NCBI GenBank assembly: GCA_951406725.2
Contig: OX597815.1
Coordinates: 76,012,001 to 76,076,000, forward strand
DNA length: 64,000 bases
Direction of reading: 5' to 3'
Source: Octopus vulgaris
Lineage: Eukaryota
Part shown: piece by piece, positions 1-14,000 of the stretch
Position numbering within the stretch: position 1 is the stretch's first letter
Layout of the letters: each line of letters begins with the position of its first letter
Position numbers and translations under genes: made by a program
The notes under the pieces: generated by a model
Seen by the model: the letters and a program-made list of their open reading frames with translations, nothing else
What the model was told of the DNA's origin: nothing
Database searches by the model: none

Positions 1-3000
1 AATCAAATGACTCTTCTTTCAATACTTCAAGTGTATTTTCTCGAAGGCAAACATGTTCTGAAACAATTAGCTCAAAATTAATTCAAACTTCTTTGAACAG
101 TAGTTCTTTTACTGTTAATAAGAGCAGTTTGATGGCTGAGAGCAGTATACAACCAGATAAAGTTGTTACAGAGAAGTGTTTGAGAACTGATATCAGTGGT
201 ACTCAATATGATACAAATAGTGTATCAGAGAAAACTGGCTTTGATTTTGACTATGCTGGTGAGTTTGATTTTATTATTAAAATATCAATGCTTTAATTAA
301 GGTGAGTTCTGTGAGAAAGTTAGAGATGGATAAATAAGATTAATATTAGAAATGGTTACTGAAGTAGTTAATGTGTTTACTGGCTGGACATCATCTGAGT
401 CTGACATTTACCATCATATTTACTAAAGCCCTCCTCTACATCTGTTTTACTCATCCCTTCTCTCTCACACTCATGCAACCTTTAACCACCCCTTCTAATT
501 CTATTATCTACTGTGTTATTTTACTGTTGTAAATGTGTATAATATTAAGATACAATACCTTTTAGATCATTTTTCTTTATGCTTTAATCGAATGTTAATG
601 TATACTTTTAAAGTCAATGATTTAATATAATATTCCACAAATTACTACATTAATTTTATGATCAGATCTTTTTGGTATGAATTGTTTCCACTTTAATTTC
701 AAAATTTCTACACAGATTTTGTTTTTGATGCCAAGTACTAAAGTCACAACTGCTTTTTAGAGAGAGAAATTAACAATAAACAATTACAAATGTTTAAGTA
801 CTTAATTTTTTTAATAATATTAGTCAGATCCATCCTCTCTCTTGCTGTGGTGATATTAATGAGAGTATCAGTTTTTTTGTTTGTTTTTGACATGCAACTA
901 CAACAAATCACAAACTGTTATTGTTTTTTGAGAAATGAATAATGATGTTACAAAACCTTTAACCCTTTCGTTACCAAAGCCGCCCGAAAAAATTTTGGTT
1001 AATGTGACCAAACCGCCCAAATTTACCTATTCATATTTAAATGAGAATATCAGAGCAAATCTCTTTAGTACATTCATGAAAACACGTGATTATGTTTCGT
1101 AAACAGTTAATCTACAGTTTTGTACAACGATCGACGTGTAATTTTAATTACCTGAATTTTGGGAGATTTTTTTCCACATTTTTTCAGCATCGATTTTTCT
1201 TCAACTTTGAAAATGGATAGGAGTTTCATGTTATCAAGCATTGATTCCGAATTGGAAAATTTGTGAAACAAATACTGGGTGCTGTTGTGGATTTAGTTTT
1301 TATACAGGGAAACTAATGTTAGTCAGCATGGCTTAGGGTATGATGTGGTCTGGAAGTTATTGTTTGAAGCGATCAATGCGGAAACAAACTTACGCAGATT
1401 GTAAACAAACACAAAATGGGGGGTTCAAATTTCGGAAAATTTGTGAAGCAAATACTGGGTACTGCGTGGATTTAGTTTTTATACAGGGAAAATAATGTTA
1501 GTCAGCATGGCCTAGGGAACGATGTGGTCTGGAATTTATCACTTCCATACCATAACCAGGGCCGTATATTATTTTTTGACCGATTTCTTTAGTTCGGTCA
1601 AACTTACGGTGGATTCCTGTATTTCAGTTTATTCCACCTTTATGGTACACCTGTTGTGCATTAAATTCAACTGATCATATAGTGCTGTGCACATTTCTTC
1701 TTTATCAAAATTTTGTTGCATACCCATTTGAATATTAGCTGATGATTCATTTTCTATGGTGATGTTTAAACAAAATTTTAATATTTTTACCTTTTGCTCA
1801 ATTTAAAATTTTAATATTTTTACCTTTTGCTCAATTTACCTGGATTTACCTGTAATTAAAGTCACTTTGAGACAAAAGTTATGCAATAGAATTGATTAAG
1901 AACCCTTTCTTTAATTATGTTCCAAATATCACATTAACATGTTAAGTAAAAAAGTTACAGTTATTTAATGAAACAAGCCTAGATTCATGATTATTTTAGA
2001 ATTTAATTGAAACTCATGAGGGGTGTATTTTGGTCAGAAATATAGTAACGAAAGGGTTAAAGATGGAAATTAATTAAGTTTTGTGATGCACTACAAACTT
2101 ATAACTAACCATAAACATTAAACACAAACCGTAAACTCCAAAATGGTTGCTATGTAAACATATAGGAAATATGTTTGGTGGGTGAGATGTTGAGAATAGA
2201 TAAATCTGATCGGCTAAAATTTCAGTCTTTAAGATTTAAGGTTTTTAACTGTTTCATTATTAATTTCTCAATAAAATGATTAGGACCGTCATAATTGACA
2301 TGGAAAACTACGTATGTGTATAAGTTTTAATAAAATTGGGAAAAGCAGTTCAAAGAGAAAAGTTTCTTATTTCTTCCTTTCATAGAAATTTTAGTCTCTT
2401 CTCTCTGGTATTCTGTGAAGATAGGCTCATTCTCTGTTTCTGCTATTTACTTTGAAAGGTATGTTAACATGTATGGTCCTATACTCTAGAACGTATATAA
2501 CTTAATATTTTATATCATTTCATAAACTATATTTTGTATCATTTCAGATGTGTCTGATATTATGGATGAGAAACCTGATTTTTTGATTGGAAACATTTCT
2601 CATGAAGATGTTTTGAATTTATCACCGGAAAATAAACAACCGCAATCATATTCACAAGTACCTTCAAGATCTGGCTCCATGATGACTGATAGAAGTATAA
2701 CAGATATTAGAAACAGCATTTCCACAGTGAATAATATCTCAGACTCTACATTATGCAGTCGTCTTTTAATGAACATGCACTTTCCCCATTTGGAAAAGCC
2801 TTTGTCTTTAGTAAGTATTATTTTCAGGTTTGAACATGCTTTATAATGAAAATGACTTTTATCAATATTCAGAACATTTTATGTCAAAATTATTGCCAAG
2901 ATCAGGAGTCATAACAGGTTATAGTGACAGTTTTTTGACTTATAAGCTGAAAGGTTTGTACTTTGGTCTATATGTTGACCAATATACCTAACTCTTTCTT

Positions 3001-6000
3001 AGTTTACTAAGCTGTAAAAAGGTATCATGAGTAGATAGAATGTTTTTGTAATCATCAGTACCAATGTATACTTAAGAAATATTTTGGCTTACTATGTTGA
3101 GATAATCCTTCTAGGCATAAAAATGTTTGCCAGATGCAATGATTACTGTCACCTTTGACTGGGATGAATTCCATTAAACCAAGATATGGTGGGGTTGAAA
3201 AAAAGTTAACCAAATCATTATGAACTTCAGTTGTAGAGCAAATGCTTGCTCAATCTTGATTTTCAGTATAAATACGGACCGTGAAAGTGTGGTCCATCAA
3301 TCCAGTTCTCCTGCAGATGCAGAAAATTAAATGTGAGCAGAAGTTCTTGTTTCCTCTCTTAATTGAGACTTATGATAAATGTATGGAACTTCTGTGTTTT
3401 ATTCTTTTTCTGTTATTGTGTGTGTGTGTGTGTGTTTGTGTATGTATGTACATTTACATCAGTAGAACCTCAAAGATAAACAAATGTTACCAGAAAGACA
3501 AAATTTTCCTCTACTGTTATCTATATTAATTCAAGAGTGAAAAATGTGTTTTACTTCAACTGCAGTTATAAATACAGTGCATGTATCATCTTTGTTATAA
3601 TGTCCACTTTTTCACTTGCATGAATCAGACAGAATTTGATGAGGCAGATCTTCTAGAGTCTGATGCCCATCCTGTCATTGACCCCACTTGTTTTGGAGCA
3701 ACATAATATTTCCCCCATGGCCTGATATGTTTTCTCAGAAGACTGGAAACAAGGAGCACCTTTTGTATGACAAAGGTACTTGTTGACAACTACCACATGA
3801 TGTCAAGACAAAGAGACAAATACACACACACACCTTGTTACTTCCTCAAATTACTTGTATTCAGCCTTTTTCATGTGTTAATAATGTACACAAGTTCCTG
3901 ATTATATACAACTTCATATGAGAATTTACTAAAATCATAATTGGAGATTCCACTTTGAATACAGTGATAAATTGTGAATTTGAAAAGTATATTTTCGCTA
4001 CATATAGTGAATAAAGCACTTAGTAAGTTACATAAGTTATTGATTTCTGGGGACATTGTAGATTTATATACAGATGGAAATGCTCTTCCTAACCCCCATC
4101 ATTTCTTTATAATTTCTTTCAAATTTTGGTACAAGGACAACAATTTTAAGGAAGTGTCCAGTCAATTACTTCAACCCCGGTCCTTAACTGCTACTTTATT
4201 TTATCAACTCTGAAAAGATAAAAGGCAAAGTTGACCATGACAGGATTTGAACAGACTGTAAAGAGTTGGAAAACATGCAGCCAAGCATTTTGTCTGGTAT
4301 GCTAACAATTTAACCAGCTCACTACCTTAAACATCTCTATATAATGAAATAGGCAAGTGTGGTCTCCTGACCATGTTAAAGAGGCTATAACTCTAAGAAC
4401 TGACTAGGGCTAGGACAATCTATTGAACTCCTACGGACATGGAAAATAGATAAGATGATTATAATGATGTGTAAAAATTTCAAATTTAAGAATTTAGGAT
4501 AATTTTCATCATTTAGTTTTCAAAAAAGTTTTAATCAAACCCATGTTTTATTGTAGATGGAAGTTGAAACAATTGAAGATCTTCTGTTTCTGGTTGGTAT
4601 TGATCGAGTAGGGAATGTTGTATTGGAGTGTCGGCAATCTAATATATATGAAACTTCAGTGGTAAACTACTTTTGTTACTTGTATATTTTCATACTTTTA
4701 CTACTGGCTTTGCATATTATTTTACATAACAGCTTAAAATATTTAGACAGTGGAAATTAATGACCTCTTTTAATTTCTGGCTGTCATAACCATCATTGTT
4801 TTAGTGTCCATTTTTCCATGCTTACATGGAAAAGTGAACATTGAATCCATTTAAAAAGTAAGTTTCTTTTGTAAGGATTAAAAAAATTTTTTATGACTTA
4901 ATCAGAACCTAAAACAAATGTTAAGGACTTTTAAAAGGCATTTGTTCGAGGTGGAGTGGGATGGAAGGAAAAGAAATCCTGGGTTGCTGCAGTAATACAA
5001 TACACATCAATATATTTGAGTTACCTGCAAATTGGAGGAAATTTTTTTAAAGGTACCAAAGAAGACCAGCATTTTTTAAGGCATTTGATCAGAGCAAAAT
5101 ATCTGCTCCAGCATGTCATGCAAATATGGAAACTTTTTACAACCAGCTTACTCATGGTAGCATTGACAAACATTAAAAATGGAAAAAAAACCCTGCCCAT
5201 TTAGGATTGTCCCTGGTTCTATGATATAAATTTCCTCTTTTAAAGGGATGTATATTAAATCTTGCATCAAAATATTCCAAATACCAGCTTAATAAGTGCA
5301 AAATTATTTAATAAAAGAGTTAAAAAATTTTATGGACTGTGGCTAATGTGTTTTTAAAGAAAATATTTTTACTTTTTCTATAGAATTACTGGATTATTTT
5401 TTTGTTTGAACTTTAACAATATTTTTAAAAAGCCATTTAAGAAAAACTTTTTTGATGAACATAAACATTTTATTTCTGTTTTTAGTTTTTTAACATTTTA
5501 TTTTTGTGATAAGAAAATGCAGCTCTTTCATTTAAACATTTCATTTTAATCTTTCTTATTTAGGTTACTGAGCCTCATACCATTGAAGAAAAAATGGAGT
5601 TAGCTTGCGTACTTCATCCTGAATATCAGTGTATTTTGAAAAGTCATGAACAGTTGAAATCTGATGGCGAAAGGTGATTTTTTTTCTCTTTAACTTTGTA
5701 TTTAAAATTGCAGGTGTGCTATAGTATTGTGCCATCAGAAGAGATTGGTCAAATAGACAAATTTGCTATCTTCAATTTGGTTTCTGTGCTTATCCTTACT
5801 ATTTGTCATAAATGTTGGATAATGACTGATAAAGTACAATCGGGAATGCAACAGAATGAAATGGGGTTCCTCTGAAGAATTTCTAGAGTGATGTTATTCA
5901 ACAGAGTGCATATCTTGGAGATTATGGAGTCTTTCCAGATAGTGCTACTATTTCTCTGCATTGAGTGATCACAGCTTTGGCACTATGGGCATGTGATTAA

Positions 6001-9000
6001 AATGTTGCAGGAAAGAATCCCAAAATGGATTCTTCAAAGCAAGCCCACTAGCAGAAGATCAAGAAGTAGACTAAGAATGAGTTGGTTGGATAACATTCAC
6101 AGTCCTTGCTGGTTAAGCTTGGGAATTCAGCAGGAAATTTATGACAATTGCTTCTAATAGAATCATATGGAGAGGGTGCCCAAGGACTCTACCTTCATGA
6201 CCTCCCAAAAAACTGGGCAGTAAAAATGGGTGGATGGATATTAAATATTGGTTGTTTTTGTCTGTAGTATGAAATCATTTCATGGTTCAGATTTCTGTAT
6301 GTACTTCTGAGCAAGTGTGTGTATGTGCCTGTGCATGTGTGTCTGCATATTTGTGCTTGAGTGTGAATGTGTCTTTGGACCTAATTGTATATGTGTATGT
6401 GCATTTGTGTGTGCAAAACAGGTGACCAAAACAGTGTAATCTTTTAATCAGAAAATACTTCAATATCAAACAGTTTAAGAAAGCCTTTCTGACAGTGTTT
6501 TCCAAAGTAGATTCATAGTCATTTTGATTAACCCTTTAGCATTCAGATTATTCTGTCAACAGCACTTATTTATTCACATTGTTTTGAATTAATCATGCAT
6601 CTTCTTGCAGCTTCGAGATTTTCATGATGTGATTGCTTATTTTTGAAGTATATGTAGGGTAGGTGTGAGAGGTTGCATCTGGCTGGTTTGAACATAACAC
6701 AGAATACTTAGGCTGGCTATGGCTAGTTTGATTGCTAAAGGGTTAGGGATGTAATTCTTTATTCATATAGAAAAGGAAACACTTCTTGCAGCAGTGTTTG
6801 CGTACTCTTTGTCATTTAAAGTGAAGCATGCATGTTTAAATTGAAAAACCAAATATTTCTTCAAAAATATTTACAAAATTTAATGTACAATTCTGTTTAA
6901 TCTTAGGAATATTTATTATTTTTTAGATTTATGAAACAATTTAAAGATCCAGAGCTTCTCTATGGTTTCAGAAATGTTTTAGAAGAAAGGGAAAAGACAA
7001 GTTCAGTACGTTTTGAAGTTTTCAGTATGCATTTTCATTTATCTTCCCAAACGGTATTTATTTATTATTAACCTTTCACATCACTATATTATTATGTACC
7101 CACCCAATGCAAACTGTACATTTAATGGAGTTCATTCCAACACATTTCTTGTACACTGCACATGCACGCTTCATTGTTCTTTGCACCTCACAACTTGCAA
7201 TCAACATCCTTATTTTCCTAATATTCATCTTCATACCTTCTACCTGCAATTTTTTTTTCTTATGATATAATATATTTTATTTTTAATTGCAGAAAGAAGA
7301 TATAAAGAAGCAACTTTTGGCAGATTTCAAAATGTGTAAGCAAAGAACTGATAAGAAAATGAAGCAGAAAAAAATTGAATACTTTAATGACTTGACTTCA
7401 GCCTACACAGTAAGTTGGGCATGTTATAAACTCTTATCAAGTTTTGATACATTGAAGCAAATAAAATACCATTATTAAGAATATGCTGTTTTAATGGGAT
7501 TTGAACATGTGGCTGTGAGGTTAACAAGCTTGCTTAGCAACCACTTGGATTTGGGCTCAGCCCTGCTAGGCAGCACCTTGAACAAGTTCTACTGTAACCC
7601 CAGACCAACCAATGCTCTGTGAGTGAATTTTGTTGGTAGAGAGAAATTGTGTGTAAGCATGATGTCTACAAGTGTGTGTGTGTGTGTGTTTCTTTGTGTC
7701 TGTGTTTGTTCCTTCTCCGTCCTGCTTGACAACTGGTGTTGGCTTGTTTACATCCCTGTAACTCAGCAGTTCCTCTAAAACCCTTGCAGACAGTGCCCTA
7801 GCATGGCTGCAGACCAGTGACTGAAACAAGTTAAAGGTGAACGGTAAATTTAGTCAGTCGAGTAAGGGCAGTGCCCATGATGTTTACAGAACCTTCCACA
7901 CTGGTATTTGGAGGAAAGGAAGTTACCCTTATACTTGGTACATCTTGAATGCTCGCAATGAAGTGTACTCTGCTAAAGGCAACTGAGGCTGGATCATGAT
8001 AGTAAACATGATTACTATCCAAAAACAGAAACGGTCCCTCTGACTGGCTTTCATACAGTCAACCAAGTTTTACTCCTAATTCTATGGTCATCTCAAGATT
8101 ATCATAGAAGATGCATACTTAAAGTACCATGCAGTGGGATCAAGCGATTGAAGAAGAATGAATTGAATATAATCTGTTGCATGTGAAATTTTAATTGATG
8201 TGAAAGTGCTAGACTGTTAAAGGCACTTAAATACAGGAAGATATGTGATGATAATGAAGTGGGGGAGAATGTACCATGAACTGATGGAAAGACATATGTT
8301 TGGTAGAATGCAGTAGAGAGTGTCTCATCTTTGACTCATGGTGTGATAACTTTGGATGTGTTTCGATCTTGTTACATCTCATCAGCTAAGCATTGTATGA
8401 CTTACTGCAGATTTAAGTTGACTTGAAATATTTAGGATTTTTTTACAAATAAATACCAAATGATATAATTTAAAAGAATGATTGTAAGGGGTGGGATACC
8501 TGCTGCTTGAAAACTAATTAGTAAAGTGGGCACTAATAGATTTAGTCTTGTGAACCAAAGAATTTTAATTAAAATTAAACCCATAGTGTGAATAATGAAT
8601 CATTATCTTAATGATTAACTCTTGTTAAGAAAGGATTATTGATTATTTATTCCTTATTTTCTCTTACCTCAGGATAAATTGAAACTGATGGAAGAAGCCA
8701 ATTCTGAAATAGTGGACATTACTTCAAAATTGGACCAACAAATAGATAGTTTGGATAATGGTATAAACGTTTATTTTTCAAAAGAATTTTTTTCATTGAA
8801 ATCCTTCATTAAAAATTACACTATGCTAAATAATATTTTTTTTTCTCACAAGCCTCATAAAACCAGTTACCTGGGTTTCCATGTGATTGAGATCACAACA
8901 TTTTCCCTGAATGGAACATTGGTCTGTTGCAGAGTTCAAAGCCAGTAATTTTGATGAGAAGGTGCAAGTTAACGGGCATCAACCTCACTATTTAAATGGG

Positions 9001-11051
9001 ACTTTATTTTATTAGTCCTGAAGGAATGAAAGGCTAAGTTGACCCTGGCAAGATTTGAACTCAGAGTGTAAAGAACTAGAAGAAATGCTGCTATGCATTT
9101 TATCTGATGTGCTAATGATTCTGCCAGCTTGCTGCTTTATGCTAAACAAAGAATTATAGATTTAGTGGAAAACATGTTAAACAAGGCTTTGAGTTTACAT
9201 TTTATCTCAGTTTATTGTTGTAAGACAGATTGGGGAAGATAATTTGGTATGTGCTCTATACACACCGAGAACCAATATGGCTTTGTGAGCAATTGTATAT
9301 CATGAAAATGTTATCTAACATTTAAAGAAAATAGTATAAAAGGAAATTGCTATTATATTTGATGGCATATTAAATGCAGCATATGTTCAGGTGAATATTT
9401 TTTAGTGCATTAAAGCATGTAATATAGGTTCAACATTGCATATAAGACTTGGAGAGATTTTTGCAAGATTTTTTTAGGGAAAAAAGAAGTGCTTCTGATA
9501 TGCCATCAGCTATTAGATATTAAAAGTTGAGTAAAATTGTATTTAGGTACATTATCATATTTTGAAGATCTTTTTCTTCTTTTGCTCTCTTAAAGTATTG
9601 AAAGATTTTGAGGAAAAAATTGAACTGTTAAATTCTACAAGTGAATATTCTGAAGCTCAAATAAAATGTTACAAGGAAGGTAGAAAATATCTGGACGGTA
9701 AGTAATAGAATAGAAATTATTTCTTTTGCAAAGTGGGGTGTGTTACATTGTGTGAGTGTAATCAGTATAATTCTATGAAAACTTTAATCACTGGTATCGC
9801 ATAATCATTGCCAAATTTACATCTCAAACATTAGGCCTCTTCTTCAGGACCAGAAAATAGTTCGGTTCCTGAATAATTGAAGACTTTCTACAAAACCATT
9901 CCAATTTTTTTAATTGCTTTTGCATGACTTAATGAAGCCAACATTATGATTGCCTTTCTAGTCTTAGTAACATGATGAAGTGCACCTGATACACCTTTGT
10001 AAAGAGGTTGGAGACAGGAAAGGTATCTAGTTATAGAAACCATGCCAAGATGAAGTATATGGGTGCCAATGTATGAGGACACGGGCTCCCTATAAAAAAG
10101 AATCATGGAGACCCAGGTAACCTATTGCCACTGTGAAAAGCATATTAAAATGAGGATGATGATAAGTCAGAGGAAGAAGGGCAGCAGTGTTCAAGGCCAC
10201 TAAAACTGATAAGTTATTCCTCAGAACAGAGACCTTACCTAAATTACTGTAACAGAATACTCTATTAGCACTTATAGGGGCTAGGTGTTTGTATTAGAAT
10301 ATGTGTTGTTACATCATCATTTAATGTCTGATTTCCATGCTGGCATGGTTTGGACAGTTTGACTGAAAACTGATAAGTAGGGGTGGGGGGTAGCTGCACC
10401 AGGTTCCAATCTGATTTGGCAAGGTTTCTATGGCTGGATGTCCTTCTTAACACCAACCACTCTGAGAGTGTAGTGGGTGTCTTTTACATGCCACCGGCAC
10501 AGGTGCCGATGACATAACACTGGCATCAACTGCATCTACTACCCAGATATTTGGGAAGGTGTTATTACAAGGACATAAGCATAGTGGGCTGGATTACAAT
10601 AGTTTTTTGGCTTATTGTAAAGATTCATTTGTCAGTGCACCAGACACAATTTCCAGTTGTTAATTCTGTTATGTAAATTACTGATGTACAAGCAGTGTTT
10701 ACTTTTCATGCTAAAATGCAAATATAAGCAAACATGCATACACACACGCACGCACGGGCACGACAGGCTTCTTTTAGCTTCCATCTTCCAAATCCACATA
10801 GGTTTTGTGTTGTCTTTAGCTGTTGTGGAAGGTGTCCAAGGTGCTCTACAGTGGGATTGAACTTAAAACCATATGGTTACTAAGTAAGCCTCAAACACAC
10901 AGCCATACCTATGTGTGTGTGTATGTATATCACTGATTACCGAGACTGACCAGGCTATCAGATGTTGTTACACATCGCTGGTCACAATGCGCTTCGCATT
11001 GTTTTAGCCTTCAAATGACGCCAACTCGCTGGCTAAGCGAGCAGGCCAGTG

Positions 11052-11082
<31 letters not shown>

Positions 11083-14000
11083 GCATGCACATGTGTGAGT
11101 GAAAGTTGTTTCTATTTCTTACATGAAATTGAGCAATATATGATGTTGATGTGTTTACATTCCTCTCATAAGTCAGTGCTATCAAAATAGTGTATTAAGA
11201 AAACATAGCAGAAAATGCACTTATAGTGCACACGTATTTGCTGATATTTCTGTGATATATAGTTGATTAATAATTTATTTTATGGCTTTTTTACTTTTGT
11301 AGAAGCTGAATCCATAAAAAAAGAGGAAGGCATACTTTCTTTGTAAGTATCTATTTTGGATGGTGAAGATAAATTTTTCAGAGATTGTGTTACAAAAAAG
11401 TTTATTGATAATAAGGATTATACTAAATATAATGTCAAGTTGAGTGTGTTGTCTTATAAATAGTAACTGAAGAGAACAAATATAATCACATAAACTTTGT
11501 TCCACTACATTACATGTGTCATGCTTTTATCTAAGCTGGGACCGTGCCACACACATCCCATCACATGCAATGTTTATTTCCTGTTGGTGCTATCAGTCTG
11601 AGTATGTTATATCTGGTTTATTGTCCAGCCTGTTTTAATATATTTCAAGGTTTTTTTTATAGTGATTGTAGCAGAACCAACAAGTGGACTTGTTGGAGTT
11701 TGTGTTGTAAAAGAATAGGGTTTGTGTTTTGTTTGAGGAAATGATAGTCATATATACAAAAGATGTTTGATTTGATTATTTATTGTTAGAAACTGAATCA
11801 GCAATTATAATTTCTGTACAGCCAATTGATTACTGATGGCAGACTTGTTGCTCCCCAAATGCATACAATTCTCATACAATTCTCCAAAATGCTCTAAGAC
11901 CTTACCTGAATTAGAGTCAAAATACAAAGCTGTTAATTAGGTCAATGAATTGAAGTTATTAGATCAAGTAGGATGCCTTGTGGTATTTGTTTTGACTATA
12001 TGCTGTGTTCAAATCACATCAAGGTCTACTTTACCTTTCATCTTTTTAGAGGAGATAAAAAAAAAAAAGAAAAAGAAGGTATCCAGGATGGTGGATTGAT
12101 GGGACAATAAGAATGTTGGACTGGATGTCCTGCAGTATTTGTTCTAGTACTTTGCATTTTGAGTTCAAATGCTGCCATTGGCCAGTTTAACTCCACCACT
12201 TGGCACCTTTGATGCTTTTAGAAGAGTTCATTCTGTTGCGAGCTTTCTGACCAGGTCTCTGGTTTAAGGATAACTTTCTCCTCACTAGTGTCAAAGGATC
12301 TGTAAAGGGTCAAAGACTTTAAAAATACCTAACCATCTCTTTCTCAGACCCACAGCCAGTGAGAGGAAGTGTTTATGTAGTTAATCAACCTGTATGTTGT
12401 TGCAGTAAAAGTCTCTACATAGACTCCTATACTATCTTTAAAGTAATGACTGTATGAACAAGTCTATCATAAAGATGATAGATTATTTCCTCCATTGGTT
12501 TTGAGGATGAGCATTCAGTTGTTTGCTTAATTGAATGTTGAATTTGTTAAATCAACACATAAGTGAATGAGTATACCACAGACATATGACAATTCCCAAA
12601 CTAAGTTTGTGATATGACAAGGCTGGACTTTTAAACTGCAGATGCAATCTATGTCATGAGCTTACATGCAGTTTCTGGCTTCCCAATTTCATTACCTGAG
12701 GTCATGGTAAAGATACTTGCCCAAGATACCAAGCAGTGGGATTAAATCTAGGACCTCATGATCGTGAAACAAGTTTCTTAACCACTCAGCTGTGTCTGTA
12801 TACACATAAATATGAAATATTAAGATGATATACATGTAGCTTAAATAACAATCATGCAATGAATGTAACTAACTCTACTGATCTTGGACACCTGATATTT
12901 ATGTATCTGGAAGTCAAGAACTGTGGGCTGCTTCAAAGGATTGAACAGTAATATAGATTTTTATATAGAACTGATTGTGGCTACTTAACAGCACCATTGT
13001 TGCTTCTACAAGAAAAATAATCCCAGGCATTTTGTTCACTCTTTTATACAAAATATAAGAAACTATACATCTCTGAATGCTCCACATATCTTATTTACTA
13101 ATTTTTAAGGTTAACGAAACTCTTAAGAGATATTTTTTTAATGCTGCTGGTGATGGTGACTGTAGCTGTAGTGAATCCCAACACACCAAAAAGGTCAAAT
13201 ATGGGAGAAAGAGTCCCAAATCCAGTATGCTAGATTTGCTAAGTTTCAGTTTTGTCAAAAGAAACCTTGCTGTCATTCTATTTGGATTTAACAAAACTAT
13301 TTAATGTGACATGGTTTAATTATGAATTATTGATTGCTTTTAATTTATTGATGCTGGCTGGGTCTCTTTACAGGAAATGCACTCAGTTAACTGCTGAGAA
13401 AGTTAAACTAGTTGAAACCTGCAAAAAACTGGATGATACTTACCGCCAATTACAGAATGGAGAGACTCCTGAACAATTGTCCCTTGAGAAGAAAGATATT
13501 GAACTTGAAATTTATTCCATGTAAGTTTCTAGTTATTATCAGTGTTGAGAAACCTTGTGTGCATAAAAGTAGGAAGGATGGCTCAGTTTGTAACTGAGTA
13601 GTTTATATATAGAACTAATAATTTGTGAATTCAAACCCTATTAATTTTGCTACATCGCTTATATTGAAGTCAAAATAAAAAAAAAAGAAAGAAAAGAAAA
13701 AGAACAGATCATATCCATAGACTCAGACATGGCTTTATGGATAAGAATTTTGCTTTACAACCACCTGGTTTTGGTTTCAGCCCTTCTGCATGGTACTTTG
13801 CGCTGCCATTTTCAACTATATCCCAAAACCTATTGTATGTATCTTTTATCTTTTACTTGTTTCGGTCATCAGACTGCACCCATACTGGGGCACTGCCTTG
13901 AAGAATTTTAGTTGAAAGGATTCAAACCCCCCCCCCGTACTTATTTTATTTTAAGCCTAGTATTGGTTCATTCCATATATAATGCGTTCTTTTTCAATTG

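Noticed and set aside
9680-9697. Alternative in-frame donor (GAAG|gtagaa) 18 nt upstream in the KNL1 exon at 9596-9697
   Set aside because: The downstream GTAAGT donor is much stronger, and the sequence gives no evidence the upstream site is used.
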